64,000 nucleotides of DNA from an uncultured virus (IMG/VR IMGVR_UViG_3300020182_000026) (lineage: Duplodnaviria; Heunggongvirae; Uroviricota; Caudoviricetes). Under the pieces are notes generated by a model that was given only the letters and a program-made list of their open reading frames with translations, was not told the DNA's origin and searched no databases. A program made the position numbers and the translations under genes. Positions 31,221 through 42,416 of the stretch are shown here, one piece after another; within the stretch, counting starts at the first letter, position 1, and every line of letters begins with the position of its first letter. The DNA lies in the IMG/VR virus record IMGVR_UViG_3300020182_000026, positions 1 to 64,000 of that record; one strand, written 5' to 3'.

Positions 31221-31925
31221 ATGAATATAGGGATATTAGGATCAAGTTTTTCAGTAGGATGTCACCATAACTCAGAGACAGGTGAAAACAATCTTGCTGC
31301 TCCATTTGAGTCATGGTTAGTGAAATATCTACCAGAATACTCATATCATAATAGCGCATGTTCTGGTAAGGGAACTGAATTATACCTTGACAAAATCGTG
31401 TACTTGAAAGAAAAACATGATGTAGATTTCATTTTGATGGAACTCGTAAATAATCGTTCTATGCTTAATGTAAAATCACAAGATTACGACTTGACAAATG
31501 TATCAAGCGATGTATATAAAGATAGTGCATCTATCTGGGAACATGTCCGAGGCATCACACAACCAATCAACTATGATACGTTTGGATCAAAACGAGAATT
31601 TGATATTTGGAAACGTGTGCAAGAACAAATAGCATATAATGAAAATGCGTTTGAGTTTTGGGGTATTTTAGATTGTCAACAAGCAATAAAACTGTGTAAG
31701 ATGTTGAACATAGGTGTTATTACTTGGCAAAAATCATTTGATTTTAGAGAACACGTAGACACTGATGTTAAGTTCGACAAATACCCAAATGCACACGAAT
31801 ATTACATAAGTAGATACAGTGAAGAAGAAATTCTATGCGACCATGTACACTTCAATGACTCTATCAATGAAGAAATGATACGTGACTTTATATTACCGGC
31901 GATAAAAAGTAAAATTAACGCTTGA
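31221..31925 (+). CDS. SGNH/GDSL hydrolase-like protein
   Basis: ILGSSFSVG, NSACSGKG, C-terminal DHVH (DxxH). Confidence 0.65.
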   Translation: MNIGILGSSFSVGCHHNSETGENNLAAPFESWLVKYLPEYSYHNSACSGKGTELYLDKIVYLKEKHDVDFILMELVNNRSMLNVKSQDYDLTNVSSDVYKDSASIWEHVRGITQPINYDTFGSKREFDIWKRVQEQIAYNENAFEFWGILDCQQAIKLCKMLNIGVITWQKSFDFREHVDTDVKFDKYPNAHEYYISRYSEEEILCDHVHFNDSINEEMIRDFILPAIKSKINA

Positions 31926-31950
31926 CAACAGAATAAATTACTACTATACT
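31922..31950 (+). promoter_or_regulatory. sigma70-type promoter TTGACA-N17-TATACT
   Basis: near-consensus; preceded by TTAACGC. Confidence 0.75.
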
Positions 31951-31977
31951 ATTAACATAATGATTAGGAGACTCGAA

Positions 31978-32400
31978 ATGGGTAAAATGAAAGAGATTGT
32001 AATGCAAGAAGAACAAATGGAACTGTTCGCGCTGGATGGGCTAGACTACTCAGAATATGATGTGAACGTAGATTTTGAATTTGTGGAAACAGAGTACGAT
32101 GGGTTCAAAGTTGACTCGATGATTTCATTCGATGAGTTTAATACAGAAGTTTCACCAATTGATGTAACATATAATTACTCAGATACGTATTCACGTGATT
32201 GGATCATGTGGGAAGAAACAAAGCCTTTGGTATCATCAAGCGAAGCTGATATGTTACGCATTGAGATCGCTGACCTAACAAAGTCACTTTACGCACAATA
32301 TGAACGTGTGAAAGAACTTCTGGAAGAGAACGATTCTCTTAAAGCACAAATCGAAAATATGTCAACTACAAAAGTTTACACTAACACAAGGAAGTTTTAA
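31978..32400 (+). CDS. hypothetical acidic protein with C-terminal coiled coil
   Basis: AGGAG RBS before ATG 31978; TAATG coupling to clpP. Confidence 0.65.
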   Translation: MGKMKEIVMQEEQMELFALDGLDYSEYDVNVDFEFVETEYDGFKVDSMISFDEFNTEVSPIDVTYNYSDTYSRDWIMWEETKPLVSSSEADMLRIEIADLTKSLYAQYERVKELLEENDSLKAQIENMSTTKVYTNTRKF

Positions 32401-33026
32401 TGCCAAATCTAGTCCCAATGGTCGTTGACCAGTCAGCTAATGGTGAACGAAGTTATGATATCTTTTCACGTCTTCTCAAAGAACGTGTAATTTTCTTAAC
32501 TGGCGAAGTTAACGATTACCAAGCAGACTTGCTTTGCGCACAATTGCTATTCTTGGAAGCAGAAAACCCAGATAAAGATATTCACTTTTATATCAATTCG
32601 CCGGGAGGTGCTGTAACCTCGGGTCTTGCTATCTACGACACAATGCAGTTCATCAAGCCGGATGTATCTACAACTGTTATTGGACAAGCATGTTCTATGG
32701 GTTCATTTCTAGCACAAGCTGGTGCGTCAGGTAAACGTTATGTTCTACCGAATTCTCGTACAATGGTACACCGTGTTAGCTCAGGTACTCGAGGCACTGG
32801 TGGGTCTGTTTATGTACAGGAACTTGAAATGGAAGATAATATTCGTCACTTCGAGGAATCAAAGAATATCAATAAACGATTGACTGAATTATATGTGAAG
32901 CACAATACTGCTGGAAAAACATTCGAAGACCTATCAGCGACTATGAAGTTTGATACATTCCTATCTGCTGAACAAGCAGTAGAATATGGTCTAGCAGATA
33001 TGATGATTGAGGAGCGCCCAGCTTAA
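32400..33026 (+). CDS. clpP: ATP-dependent Clp protease proteolytic subunit
   Basis: [32 protein letters not shown] (Ser), MVH (His), [14 protein letters not shown] (Asp). Confidence 0.95.
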   Translation: MPNLVPMVVDQSANGERSYDIFSRLLKERVIFLTGEVNDYQADLLCAQLLFLEAENPDKDIHFYINSPGGAVTSGLAIYDTMQFIKPDVSTTVIGQACSMGSFLAQAGASGKRYVLPNSRTMVHRVSSGTRGTGGSVYVQELEMEDNIRHFEESKNINKRLTELYVKHNTAGKTFEDLSATMKFDTFLSAEQAVEYGLADMMIEERPA

Positions 33027-33655
33027 AAGCCAGGAACATAACTCCATATTTTAGCACTTCTAATTTTTATGGCGGCAAGGTATTCATCTACTTTGCCGCT
33101 ATTTCTTTTTATATTAGTTTGCATTTCATCTGTAATATCATACCAACGTTTCATGTTAATTAGTTCAATGACTGAACTAGTTTCAATTTTGTCAACTCCG
33201 ATATAGTAAAAATAATGCAATAGTGCATCGAACTGTGTTTGTGATAATGGTTCTCTAACAAATTGTTCTAGAACATTACCGATGTTTCTTAGCTGTCTCT
33301 CTAATATAAGTCTTGCAGACGCAGGTGAAATAGTACCTTGTGTTATGTCGATACGTTTCGATGCAACAGTTATATAACCGTACTTTATTTCTACATCACT
33401 AATCTGATACCCGTAGCCTATTTTACCATCTGTTATTTTTAACAATGGTTCACTGTTATTGATAATAACATCTTTGCTCATTTTAGAAAAAATCAAATCT
33501 GTGACCGGGTAAGTTACTACACGTACATGCGATAATATATACTTTGGTATATCAAAATCGTAACCAATACCCAAGTACGTTCCATTAGGTGTTACAACAT
33601 GTAGTGGTAGTTGAATATAATTTAGCAGTGAGCCTTTTTTCTTATCATATATCAT
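33023..33655 (-). CDS. divergent phage lysozyme (GH24)-like protein
   Basis: [19 protein letters not shown], terminal IR...W; likely start ATG 33655 (ATGA overlap). Confidence 0.55.
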   Translation of the reverse strand: MIYDKKKGSLLNYIQLPLHVVTPNGTYLGIGYDFDIPKYILSHVRVVTYPVTDLIFSKMSKDVIINNSEPLLKITDGKIGYGYQISDVEIKYGYITVASKRIDITQGTISPASARLILERQLRNIGNVLEQFVREPLSQTQFDALLHYFYYIGVDKIETSSVIELINMKRWYDITDEMQTNIKRNSGKVDEYLAAIKIRSAKIWSYVPGF

Positions 33656-35415
33656 GCCATAATAGTCCTTAACCAACTCGGAGCGCCAGCAGCCCTACTG
33701 CCTGTCCCCCAATATCTTGCAGAAGCTACTGGTATTGTAGCACCAGGAGATATATCAACGTGCATGCCTACTCCGTCCATATAGCCAGCTCCAGCTCCAA
33801 TAGATAGTGCACCTGCACTTCTTGCTGCTTGAGCAAACTGTGCCGCTATTGTAGTGTCACGTGTCATACTTATTCTTCTTCCGCCCCTACCTTCATACAA
33901 CCAAACATCTGCCGCATACCCGTGGTCATGTCTATTTGATCCAACTGTACCTGTAGTATGATCTTGTCCTCCAGAGAAAATAACAACATGTAAGTTTGTT
34001 GCGTTTGCTGCTGATAGTAGAATTCTTTCAAGTGCTGGTACAACTTTAAGTCTACGAGTCGCACCTTGGTTTCTATATTCAAGTGAGCCACCTTCTCCAT
34101 CATCGATAACATCTTCGATATCGGCTACGTCAAGTTGTTCTTCTGCACTATTCGGGTTAGGAGCAATTTCTGATGCTGTACTTCCTGGTTGTGCACCTGC
34201 GCTAGGTGGGACATTATTACGTGTCATTGGTTCATGAGATGGCAGGGATGATACAATACTGTCATCTAATTGTGTGCTTTCTAAATTCTGAATATCAGCA
34301 TGTGATATTGTAGTCATACCTGGTGATTGTGCTGCTTGTGGTCCGTTAAGATGTAATATCCCACCTGTAGAAACATACATGTTACTTCTTACTTTAGTAT
34401 GATTTGATCCAGCACTATCGTAGAATTGTGACCCCCCACTCTTTAAATGTATTTGATCGGCAGTGTTTAGATGATAATCATTGCCTGCTTTTATGTGTAC
34501 ATTCTCTCCAGCTTCCATATTGATGTTCTTATCAGCTCGGATATTAAAGTCTTTTTCTGCTCTCATTGAGATAGAACCTTGAGCGTACGCCATTATCTCA
34601 CCAGTTGCACCAATTTCTACCCAGCCGGATCCACTTGAATTAATCATATAAATTGTATCATTAGTACCGTCTAGAATAATACTTGCACCTGAACCTGTTT
34701 GTAATCTAATTTGATTTGGGTGAACTGTGCCATCTGGCGCAACAGATCCATCATCCATTGTTAGTGCGTTATTACCGGGCGTTTTCATTCCGAATACTTT
34801 AGAGTGTTGTGGATTTTCGTAACTTGCATCACGTTGTGGCGATGCAGTACTTTGTCCTCTAACACTATCAGCGTATATACCTTGCTGTGCTACGTTGACA
34901 TTTCTATCACTATTTTCTATTTCATCTTCTGCGTTTTCATTTCTATCGCTAACAGATGCAGGAGTTGATTTTGCTGATGGCACATCCTTGTGTACCCCTT
35001 CGCCTTGTCCTGTTCCATCTGGTTTCGCTTGTCCGGAAGCACCACCTGCAACAACATCAGGAACTTCCTGTGCTACTGCAAACCAGTAACCTCTAGATAA
35101 TTCACCATTGTCTGCAAAGAAAACCATAATAGAGACGCCAGCATCTGATGGTGCGGCGAACATCCCATAAGACCCTCCAGCATTACTACCGCCGAACGGT
35201 GCGGCATATTGAAAGTACATTGGTTCTTCAGGCGTTCCGCCCAATTTGGGAACATATGCACTAACTCTGCCTCTACCTTCTGGGTCTGGTTCACCAGTAG
35301 TAATAGCGATAAAAATACCACTTTCAATATTCGATAGTATGGGAGATTGTCCGTGCTTACGTTCACGTCTTAAAGCTCCCGCTAAACTATTTGCATTTTG
35401 GTTACTTATTGACAT
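33652..35415 (-). CDS. baseplate hub/spike (gp5/VgrG-like) with C-terminal M15-like Zn peptidase domain
   Basis: DPEGRGRVSAYVP OB-fold, SYGMF..P, beta-helix repeats, HLNGP; C-terminal SNRHDHGYAAD and MHVD. Confidence 0.75.
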   Translation of the reverse strand: MSISNQNANSLAGALRRERKHGQSPILSNIESGIFIAITTGEPDPEGRGRVSAYVPKLGGTPEEPMYFQYAAPFGGSNAGGSYGMFAAPSDAGVSIMVFFADNGELSRGYWFAVAQEVPDVVAGGASGQAKPDGTGQGEGVHKDVPSAKSTPASVSDRNENAEDEIENSDRNVNVAQQGIYADSVRGQSTASPQRDASYENPQHSKVFGMKTPGNNALTMDDGSVAPDGTVHPNQIRLQTGSGASIILDGTNDTIYMINSSGSGWVEIGATGEIMAYAQGSISMRAEKDFNIRADKNINMEAGENVHIKAGNDYHLNTADQIHLKSGGSQFYDSAGSNHTKVRSNMYVSTGGILHLNGPQAAQSPGMTTISHADIQNLESTQLDDSIVSSLPSHEPMTRNNVPPSAGAQPGSTASEIAPNPNSAEEQLDVADIEDVIDDGEGGSLEYRNQGATRRLKVVPALERILLSAANATNLHVVIFSGGQDHTTGTVGSNRHDHGYAADVWLYEGRGGRRISMTRDTTIAAQFAQAARSAGALSIGAGAGYMDGVGMHVDISPGATIPVASARYWGTGSRAAGAPSWLRTIMA

Positions 35416-35417
35416 TA

Positions 35418-38400
35418 TTAATATTCCTCATTACGCTTTTCTTCTAGTTGTTTCTGTACTTCTGCTAATTTTTCTTCATCTTCTTTACGTGCCGCAGATG
35501 TCCAATACCAACTATCTAGGTCACCTTGAATTTCAGCTTCTTGTTCTTCCAATTCAACAATTTGTCTATCACGTCTTTGTTCTTTGAACTGTACATTCTG
35601 TTCACCACGTTCTCCAGTGGTCGCTGCTTCGACCATACCATTGACACCGCGTTCTAACTCTTTGACTTCTCGGTATTCTTGTTCTGTCATTTTACTTAGT
35701 GGTGTAGCTTGTAGCTTTTGTTTAAGTTCACTCTGTATACGTTGTGCTTTTTCATATTCAATAGGAGTCAGTGTATCTTTTGGTATTTCTGAATTCACGC
35801 TTCTAAACCCAGTACTAGTGCTATCAGACGTAACACGCAATCTTGAACCTCTAGACGTATACGGATTGTTGTCTCCTGATATATCAATCATATCAGCCGA
35901 GACAGTACCATCTGATGGGTTCTCTACAATTCCATTCGTACCAACATAAAACGATGCCGCATCATCATCTACTTTTTGGGTGTACGCATCTACCTCAGCT
36001 TGTGTTATACCATCAATATCATCTGCATTAAATGTTTCATGTCCATTGGCTTTCATACTTTCCTGTATGATAGAAATACCTTCTGGTGTTACTTCTATGC
36101 CACTTTCATTTATGTCGTTAACTATTTGCGCATTATCGTATGGAGGTTCGCCTGCAATATTCTGAACAATCATTTTATCTATAGTATTATTAACAGATTG
36201 CAATTCAATACACGAAGACTCATTTCCCTGCGCACAATAATATTCAACTTGACTTTTTGTTTTATTAAATTGTTCTGCTTGTTCTGCTGTTGGTATACCG
36301 TCATTTTCAAGTAAATTATTAGTAAGAGAACGTAGTGAAGAATTTGCATTTGGTGCACCATCAGGGTCTAATAACAAACCTACATTACCGTCGGGATCTA
36401 TCACTGCGGTCGAACCTGCACCTATAGGTAACTCGTTAGGGTTGGGTAGTTCTGCTCTTGGAACAACGACTGGCGCAGTAACTGGCGATGGCGTTTGCTC
36501 TCTGCCTCTAGGATCAGCAGCATCCGGATCGTATACTATTTGTCCCATGACAGTTTCTTCATCTAAATCAACAGATGATGTACTAAAGAATGGGTTGACT
36601 GGTAGGAAACTATCTGGAACAGGTATTCTAATCATATCAAGCTGCTGAACAAACTGTCCATTACTAAACGAACTTGTTACATTTCTAACTGCATATAACA
36701 TTGTTACTAGATTTGCTATCTTTGTGTTGTCATTTTCATCTACGCCTGCCGCTTTGTTACTTACAATAGTAACATAGTTCGCTCCATTAATAGATGTTGG
36801 ATGACTACGATATGTATCGATAGCATTACTGTTACCAAATAATTCTTTTGCAGTCTTAGGTGTCAAGTATGTATCAATCCAATACGGGTCACCTTTGATA
36901 GTTAACTTTAGCTGTTCCATACTGATGTCCATATTTACAGCCTCGTAAAACTTTTCTTTTGCTAGGTCAACTTCTTTCTCATTAGACGAAGTATAAATTC
37001 TTATATTATTCTTTTCTGTCAGATAAGGCAAAACGCCACGTTTGAATATCACTGGGTTAACCAATAATGCTTCTACAATATCTTCTAACTGTTGAGTAGT
37101 TAAAGTTGATATTAAATCATCATCTAATTCTTCCATAATAATTTGATTACTATTACTTAACTGTCCGGCGATACCAGAGAAGTTTTCAGATATATCACTC
37201 ACTTGTGAATTCGTGTATGCTGAAAAATTAGCACCAAGTGCTTGCATCGTAACTTCGTCAACTTGTCTTTCAATATTACGCAGTGAAGTATCTACTCTGT
37301 TAACTCCAGTTTCCGCAGAGTTATAGCGTTCCAATAACTTATTATATTTTTCACGTTCTTCGCTTGTTGTATTCAGAACGTCAGGGTCATACTGTTGCGC
37401 CGCTTGTAATTGTGCTTGCAACGGTTTATCACGTAATGCGGCAGCAGTTTGTCTAGCAATTTCTGGAGGGACTCCTTGTGCAAGTAATGCATCTCTCTGA
37501 CCAATAACTATTGCGTTAGTTAATTCTTCGCTAGAATTTTCTACTTGTGAACGAATAGAATCTAAATTCTCATTTGCTGATGTTCGGTCGCCCTCTAGTA
37601 CAGACAATTGCGATTGTAGTTCTTCTAATTTTGCTCTTGCACGAGGATTTAAATCTTGTATAATTTGTTCGTTACCTTCAATGAAGCGTTGTGCAAATGC
37701 GTCATCTTTTGGTAAGTTATATGCTTTAATCAGTTGTCGATTTAAACTAATATTCAAATCTAAGATTTGGTCATTAAGTCCAGTATACTGGTAATAATAT
37801 ATCTTCTTACATTGTTGTCTATCAAAAATCTCTTTTACCATTTTAGCAGCGTTTGTTATCTTGTTTGCATTATCATAATTGTTCTGTACTACAATTTGAT
37901 TCTTAGTTGTAATGAAATATTTTACATTATGTCCAGCTTCCCCACTTAGTGGATTCAATCCGTTTGGTTTAGGAGAAGCATCTGGTAAAATTGAAACTGT
38001 TTTAGTAAACGTATCTTTTTCAGTAGTAAGTTCAGTTCTGATATCAATAGATTGAATGCATATGTCGTATAACACATCTATAACACTTAATCCGGGAGTT
38101 ATAACTCCAGTTTGTTGTGATATATTAACAGAACCAGTTCTAGTAGCAACTTGATTTCTTGCTGCGCCGCCGACATTAGGGTCGTCTCCATTCATTTTAG
38201 ACTCGCCAAATTCAGTCATAAAGTCATTATCAAATTCAAATTCGTATGTGTGAATATACTGATTCTCGGCGGCATTGTCTGTACTGAAATCATTCTTTTG
38301 TATATTTTCATTTAACTTTGAAAAGAATTCTTCTATCGTTTCTTTTAGTGTTTCTTTAATATCAAACTCAAAATTATGTTGAATAAGGTTAACACTACGA

Positions 38401-39539
38401 CTAACTGCATAGTCTGGCGTAATAGTACCGTCGATTGTAGTAATAGTTCCTCTAGCATCTGTACTAGATGGAACATCGCCTACATTTGAAATAACGAATG
38501 GGAAAACTTTAGTTAGATTTTGATTTTCACTTCTGATAGTGACACCATCATCACTGTAACCTTTAAAGTTTACCTTTAAGAAATACTTTGCCTCTGCGAT
38601 ACTTGCGTAACCTGAAAGTAGTGCGGCATTCATAAGATTATCATTTAAACTTGTGTTACCAACTTGAACAATAGAGAATGATAATTTTGTTGCAGTACCA
38701 GCTAGTCTAGACACACTACTCGAACCTGCACCCAAAGATTGTATTTCTAAATCTTGAATATTAAATTCTGTTGTTACACCTGTTTCTGCAATAGTAATAT
38801 ACTGAATATCACTACCTGGCCAACTGTTTGAAATAATAGAATCCAAATCTTGCGCTTCATTCATTAAAAACTCAACTGCATCCTGTTGCTTAACAACAAA
38901 CAATTCTAAGTGATAGGTATAGTTTTGATATTCATCAAGTGCGTTTTCCCACCACTCTCCTGCATTTTCCATTTGAGTTACAATATCACTTAGACTTCCT
39001 GCTACGTTAAAATTTGTCCCTGGTTCTGCATTTGGCAAAGGAGCATCACTTCCACCAGTACCAGACGTTGATCCTGGGCCACTGTATTGTGGTGGGGGAG
39101 CAGTAGGGGTCGCTGGAGCTTCACCGCCAGTGAATATCGCATATTCTGCGTTTCGTCTGTCTACTAGACCTGGAACAGTCTGTCCACTAGCTTTGTTATA
39201 TAATAACATAGCTTGAGCGACTTCTTCTTTTGATCTAGTGCCATTTGCTGTTACTTGGGCAAGACTACCGATGTTATATGCAAAACTAGTCATTGCTTGA
39301 CGTTCAGCTGGTGTCCAATTATAAGTACTGTCGTACTTGTCAACACTCGCTTCATATTTACCAAGTTGTTGCTGTAACTTAGTTCTTGCTTCACTACGTG
39401 ATACTGTGATATTAGGTGGGTTATTTCTATCTCTACTGCCAGCATATGACCCATAACCAATAGACCATTGTCCGTGGTCCCAGTATGGGGTAGCACTGTA
39501 TCCTTCATATTGTGCAATTAAATCAACAGTGTTTGTCAT
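35418..39539 (-). CDS. large tail/baseplate hub protein with N-terminal GH24 lysozyme domain
   Basis: IAQYEGY..TPYWD..WSIGYG, SFAYNIG, GLVDRRNAE; later YQYTGLNDQILD and LTIKGDPYW hub-like motifs. Confidence 0.75.
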   Translation of the reverse strand: MTNTVDLIAQYEGYSATPYWDHGQWSIGYGSYAGSRDRNNPPNITVSRSEARTKLQQQLGKYEASVDKYDSTYNWTPAERQAMTSFAYNIGSLAQVTANGTRSKEEVAQAMLLYNKASGQTVPGLVDRRNAEYAIFTGGEAPATPTAPPPQYSGPGSTSGTGGSDAPLPNAEPGTNFNVAGSLSDIVTQMENAGEWWENALDEYQNYTYHLELFVVKQQDAVEFLMNEAQDLDSIISNSWPGSDIQYITIAETGVTTEFNIQDLEIQSLGAGSSSVSRLAGTATKLSFSIVQVGNTSLNDNLMNAALLSGYASIAEAKYFLKVNFKGYSDDGVTIRSENQNLTKVFPFVISNVGDVPSSTDARGTITTIDGTITPDYAVSRSVNLIQHNFEFDIKETLKETIEEFFSKLNENIQKNDFSTDNAAENQYIHTYEFEFDNDFMTEFGESKMNGDDPNVGGAARNQVATRTGSVNISQQTGVITPGLSVIDVLYDICIQSIDIRTELTTEKDTFTKTVSILPDASPKPNGLNPLSGEAGHNVKYFITTKNQIVVQNNYDNANKITNAAKMVKEIFDRQQCKKIYYYQYTGLNDQILDLNISLNRQLIKAYNLPKDDAFAQRFIEGNEQIIQDLNPRARAKLEELQSQLSVLEGDRTSANENLDSIRSQVENSSEELTNAIVIGQRDALLAQGVPPEIARQTAAALRDKPLQAQLQAAQQYDPDVLNTTSEEREKYNKLLERYNSAETGVNRVDTSLRNIERQVDEVTMQALGANFSAYTNSQVSDISENFSGIAGQLSNSNQIIMEELDDDLISTLTTQQLEDIVEALLVNPVIFKRGVLPYLTEKNNIRIYTSSNEKEVDLAKEKFYEAVNMDISMEQLKLTIKGDPYWIDTYLTPKTAKELFGNSNAIDTYRSHPTSINGANYVTIVSNKAAGVDENDNTKIANLVTMLYAVRNVTSSFSNGQFVQQLDMIRIPVPDSFLPVNPFFSTSSVDLDEETVMGQIVYDPDAADPRGREQTPSPVTAPVVVPRAELPNPNELPIGAGSTAVIDPDGNVGLLLDPDGAPNANSSLRSLTNNLLENDGIPTAEQAEQFNKTKSQVEYYCAQGNESSCIELQSVNNTIDKMIVQNIAGEPPYDNAQIVNDINESGIEVTPEGISIIQESMKANGHETFNADDIDGITQAEVDAYTQKVDDDAASFYVGTNGIVENPSDGTVSADMIDISGDNNPYTSRGSRLRVTSDSTSTGFRSVNSEIPKDTLTPIEYEKAQRIQSELKQKLQATPLSKMTEQEYREVKELERGVNGMVEAATTGERGEQNVQFKEQRRDRQIVELEEQEAEIQGDLDSWYWTSAARKEDEEKLAEVQKQLEEKRNEEY

Positions 39540-39540
39540 T

Positions 39541-39831
39541 TTATCTCATCTTATCTATGTTTGTTCTACTTGGAACATATATCTTTTTTCCAGCAGTAAA
39601 GTCATCAATAGGATCAATGATATCATCTGGGTTACGTTGTGCAAATATCCACCAATACTTAGCAGTGCCATACTTTTCAAAACTGAATAAGTCAGGACGT
39701 TTATCAAACTGTTGTGGAATAGAAACGTATTCGTCAAGAGGATCTCTAAACAAGTTACGCTTTGTCTGAATATCAAGTACTTTACCATATAGTATACTTG
39801 TCTTGCTCCAAGGCGAATGTGACTTATACAT
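39541..39831 (-). CDS. baseplate wedge subunit (gp53/LysM-like)
   Basis: RPDLFSFEKYGTAKYWWIFAQRN...DF..GKKIYVP. Confidence 0.75.
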   Translation of the reverse strand: MYKSHSPWSKTSILYGKVLDIQTKRNLFRDPLDEYVSIPQQFDKRPDLFSFEKYGTAKYWWIFAQRNPDDIIDPIDDFTAGKKIYVPSRTNIDKMR

Positions 39832-40393
39832 AACCGCTGCTCCTTAATCCACCACTCAAATAACTTCCAATTGTAAAGTTTTCTCTTACGTTCTTCGGAG
39901 AGTATGTAGTTGTCATACTCAAAACAAAAGTACTTGTTACTGGTAGTCTAAAATCGTCTACTTCAATGTAATCAACATCTGCATCTAGGTTGTATGTAAA
40001 ATCTCTGATAAGTACTGGTACATTCTTGTAAACACCGTGCGCTGTAAATCGCAGAACAGGCGGCGGGAGTCCTTTATCAGGATCGTTTTTACCAAAGTTC
40101 ATTTTCATTGCACCACGAAAGTATTGCATCCCAGCTAGTATATGTCGTGCCTGTTCTTCATTCTCAATTACAATCGGTGCCGCAAGTGTAAGTTCTGTAT
40201 TAGCAGACATTTCAAACGCACGTTGCTGAAAGTTCGAATGTGCAGGATCGTAAGAACTATAGTTAGCACTTGAAATACTTGTTACAGTCGGAGTGTATGG
40301 GAAGTTAAAGGTAGTCATACCTGAGCTACCAAGTCTCCCACTCGGATCTGTGATAAAAACATTCTGTGTAGATGCATATGGATTAGACATCAT
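39824..40393 (-). CDS. tail tube initiator / baseplate-tube junction protein (gp48/gp54-like)
   Basis: FPYTP, GLPPPVLRF...NVPVLI; position in baseplate module. Confidence 0.6.
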   Translation of the reverse strand: MMSNPYASTQNVFITDPSGRLGSSGMTTFNFPYTPTVTSISSANYSSYDPAHSNFQQRAFEMSANTELTLAAPIVIENEEQARHILAGMQYFRGAMKMNFGKNDPDKGLPPPVLRFTAHGVYKNVPVLIRDFTYNLDADVDYIEVDDFRLPVTSTFVLSMTTTYSPKNVRENFTIGSYLSGGLRSSGYV

Positions 40394-40449
40394 AATCTCC
40401 TAGATATTGTTATCAGTATTTATCGTTGAATAATATACGCACTTAACAC

Positions 40450-40478
40450 TTGACAATGCATCACTTAGGATGTATAAT
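40450..40478 (+). promoter_or_regulatory. sigma70-type promoter TTGACA-N17-TATAAT for late sigma gene
   Basis: perfect consensus preceded by TTAACAC; divergent GATAAATA (-) at 40417-40424. Confidence 0.85.
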
Positions 40479-40505
40479 ATTAATAATATTTAGGAGAATA
40501 CCATA

Positions 40506-41402
40506 ATGGCTCGTAGAGTACAAAAATATTTAAACAATAAAGATATGCTGAAACAGATCCATATCTCTAAATCAAATTTCTCGTGGTTTGAAGACCGTGA
40601 TAAACATCATCAGTTTGATGTTATCATTGATAACGTTGCAGGTGAATTGGATGTTGCCGCTGAAATCCGTGAACTGGAAGCAGTAGCACGTGAAAATCGT
40701 GCAAATCGCATTCAAAAAGAAGCATGGGATTTAAATACAGACACGAAGATGAAGCAAGCTAACTTCGCTGTAGACCATGATTCATTTGCACAAGACGAAC
40801 TTGTATTTCGTGTTATGACGTTTGAACATATTCCAGATGAACCTGGACGTAAAGCAAACCCAAAGACAGTAGCAGATCATAAAGTAAAACTTCCGTTCCC
40901 ACCATTCAAACATTATGTAATTGATGGCAATGATATTCGTGAAGTTGGCATCTCACACTTTAATAAAAAAACTAAAGAGTTTGATATCATTACTGGTCGT
41001 GTAACAGCAACACTTGCTAACATGTACATCAAACTAGTAGAACGTTATTCACAACGTGCCAACTGGCGTGGTTACACATACATTGATGAAATGCGTGGAC
41101 AAGCATTGCTACAGTTGACACAGATTGGTCTACAGTTTAATGAAGCTAAGTCAGATAATCCGTTTGCATATTATACTGCGGCAGTTAATAACTCATTTAC
41201 TAGAGTACTAAACATTGAAAAGAAAAATCAAGGTATCCGTGATGACTTGTTAGAAAATAGCGGACAAGCTCCATCGTGGACACGTCAACTTGAACATGAA
41301 ATGAAATCGAGTGAGCGTTGGCAGAGAGTCATTAAGACTAAAATTACAGACGCTTCTATCCCAACTGAAACAATCAAAGAGATTTATGCAGACGATGACT
41401 AA
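40506..41402 (+). CDS. gp55: sigma factor for late transcription (T4 gp55-like)
   Basis: YLNNKDML; NWRGYTYIDEM; FNEAKSDNPFAYYT; immediately upstream of gp47/gp46. Confidence 0.85.
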   Translation: MARRVQKYLNNKDMLKQIHISKSNFSWFEDRDKHHQFDVIIDNVAGELDVAAEIRELEAVARENRANRIQKEAWDLNTDTKMKQANFAVDHDSFAQDELVFRVMTFEHIPDEPGRKANPKTVADHKVKLPFPPFKHYVIDGNDIREVGISHFNKKTKEFDIITGRVTATLANMYIKLVERYSQRANWRGYTYIDEMRGQALLQLTQIGLQFNEAKSDNPFAYYTAAVNNSFTRVLNIEKKNQGIRDDLLENSGQAPSWTRQLEHEMKSSERWQRVIKTKITDASIPTETIKEIYADDD

Positions 41403-42405
41403 TCTATTCAACAAACTTGCGTTCTTTACAGACATACATTACGGTATGAGAAACAATGCACGACTTCACAATGAAGACTGTAGTGCATTTGTGGACTGGT
41501 TCATCGAACAAGCTAAAGCTAAAGGATGCGAAACATGTATCTTTGGCGGTGATTGGCACCATAATCGTGCAAGTTTGAATATTTCTACTATGAAATATAG
41601 TCTTGAAGGTCTACGTAAACTAAGCAAAGCATTTGACAAAGTGTACATGATTAAGGGAAATCACGATTTGTTTTATCGTGAAAGCCGAGAAATCAGTAGT
41701 ATAGAATTTGCTAAAGAATTTGACAACATCATACTTGTAGAAGATACAATGATTGAAGGTGATGTTGCACTTGTCAGTTGGCTAGTAGGCGATGAATGGA
41801 AGAAGGTTCCAAAGATTAAATCAAAATACATGTTTGGTCATTATGAACTTCCAACATTTAAGCTGAATGCTATGGTGGAAATGCCAGACCACGGTGGACT
41901 TAAAATGAATATGTTTAAGAACCAAGACTATGTGTTCACTGGACACTTTCATACTAGACAAGTTAAAGGAAACGTTATCTACACAGGTAACGCATTCCCA
42001 CACAACTTTTCAGATGCGTGGGACGATGAACGAGGCTGGATGTATCTAGAGTGGGACAAAGAACCTGAATTCTTTGCTTGGCCAGATGCTCCTAAATATA
42101 AAACTATCCGTCTATCTCAGTTGCTAGATGATCCAGCCAAGTTCTTACTTCCAAAAACAACAGCGAAGATTTCACTAGATATTGATATCTCATATGAAGA
42201 AGCAAACTTCATAAAAGATACATTCATTGAAACATATGATTTACGAGATTTAACTCTCGTTCCTGTTAAGAATGATGAACATACCGAAGACGTTGGTGCT
42301 GAAATTCACTTTGAAACAATAGATCAAATTGTTGTTGCACAGTTATCAGCACTAGACGGAACGTATGATAGAAACGTATTGATTGAAATATACAACAACC
42401 TTTAA
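41395..42405 (+). CDS. gp47: recombination endonuclease subunit (gp47/Mre11/SbcD-like)
   Basis: TDIHYG, GGDWHH, GNHD, GHFH phosphoesterase motifs; likely start ATG 41395. Confidence 0.9.
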   Translation: MTNLFNKLAFFTDIHYGMRNNARLHNEDCSAFVDWFIEQAKAKGCETCIFGGDWHHNRASLNISTMKYSLEGLRKLSKAFDKVYMIKGNHDLFYRESREISSIEFAKEFDNIILVEDTMIEGDVALVSWLVGDEWKKVPKIKSKYMFGHYELPTFKLNAMVEMPDHGGLKMNMFKNQDYVFTGHFHTRQVKGNVIYTGNAFPHNFSDAWDDERGWMYLEWDKEPEFFAWPDAPKYKTIRLSQLLDDPAKFLLPKTTAKISLDIDISYEEANFIKDTFIETYDLRDLTLVPVKNDEHTEDVGAEIHFETIDQIVVAQLSALDGTYDRNVLIEIYNNL

Positions 42406-42416
42406 AAGAGATTATT

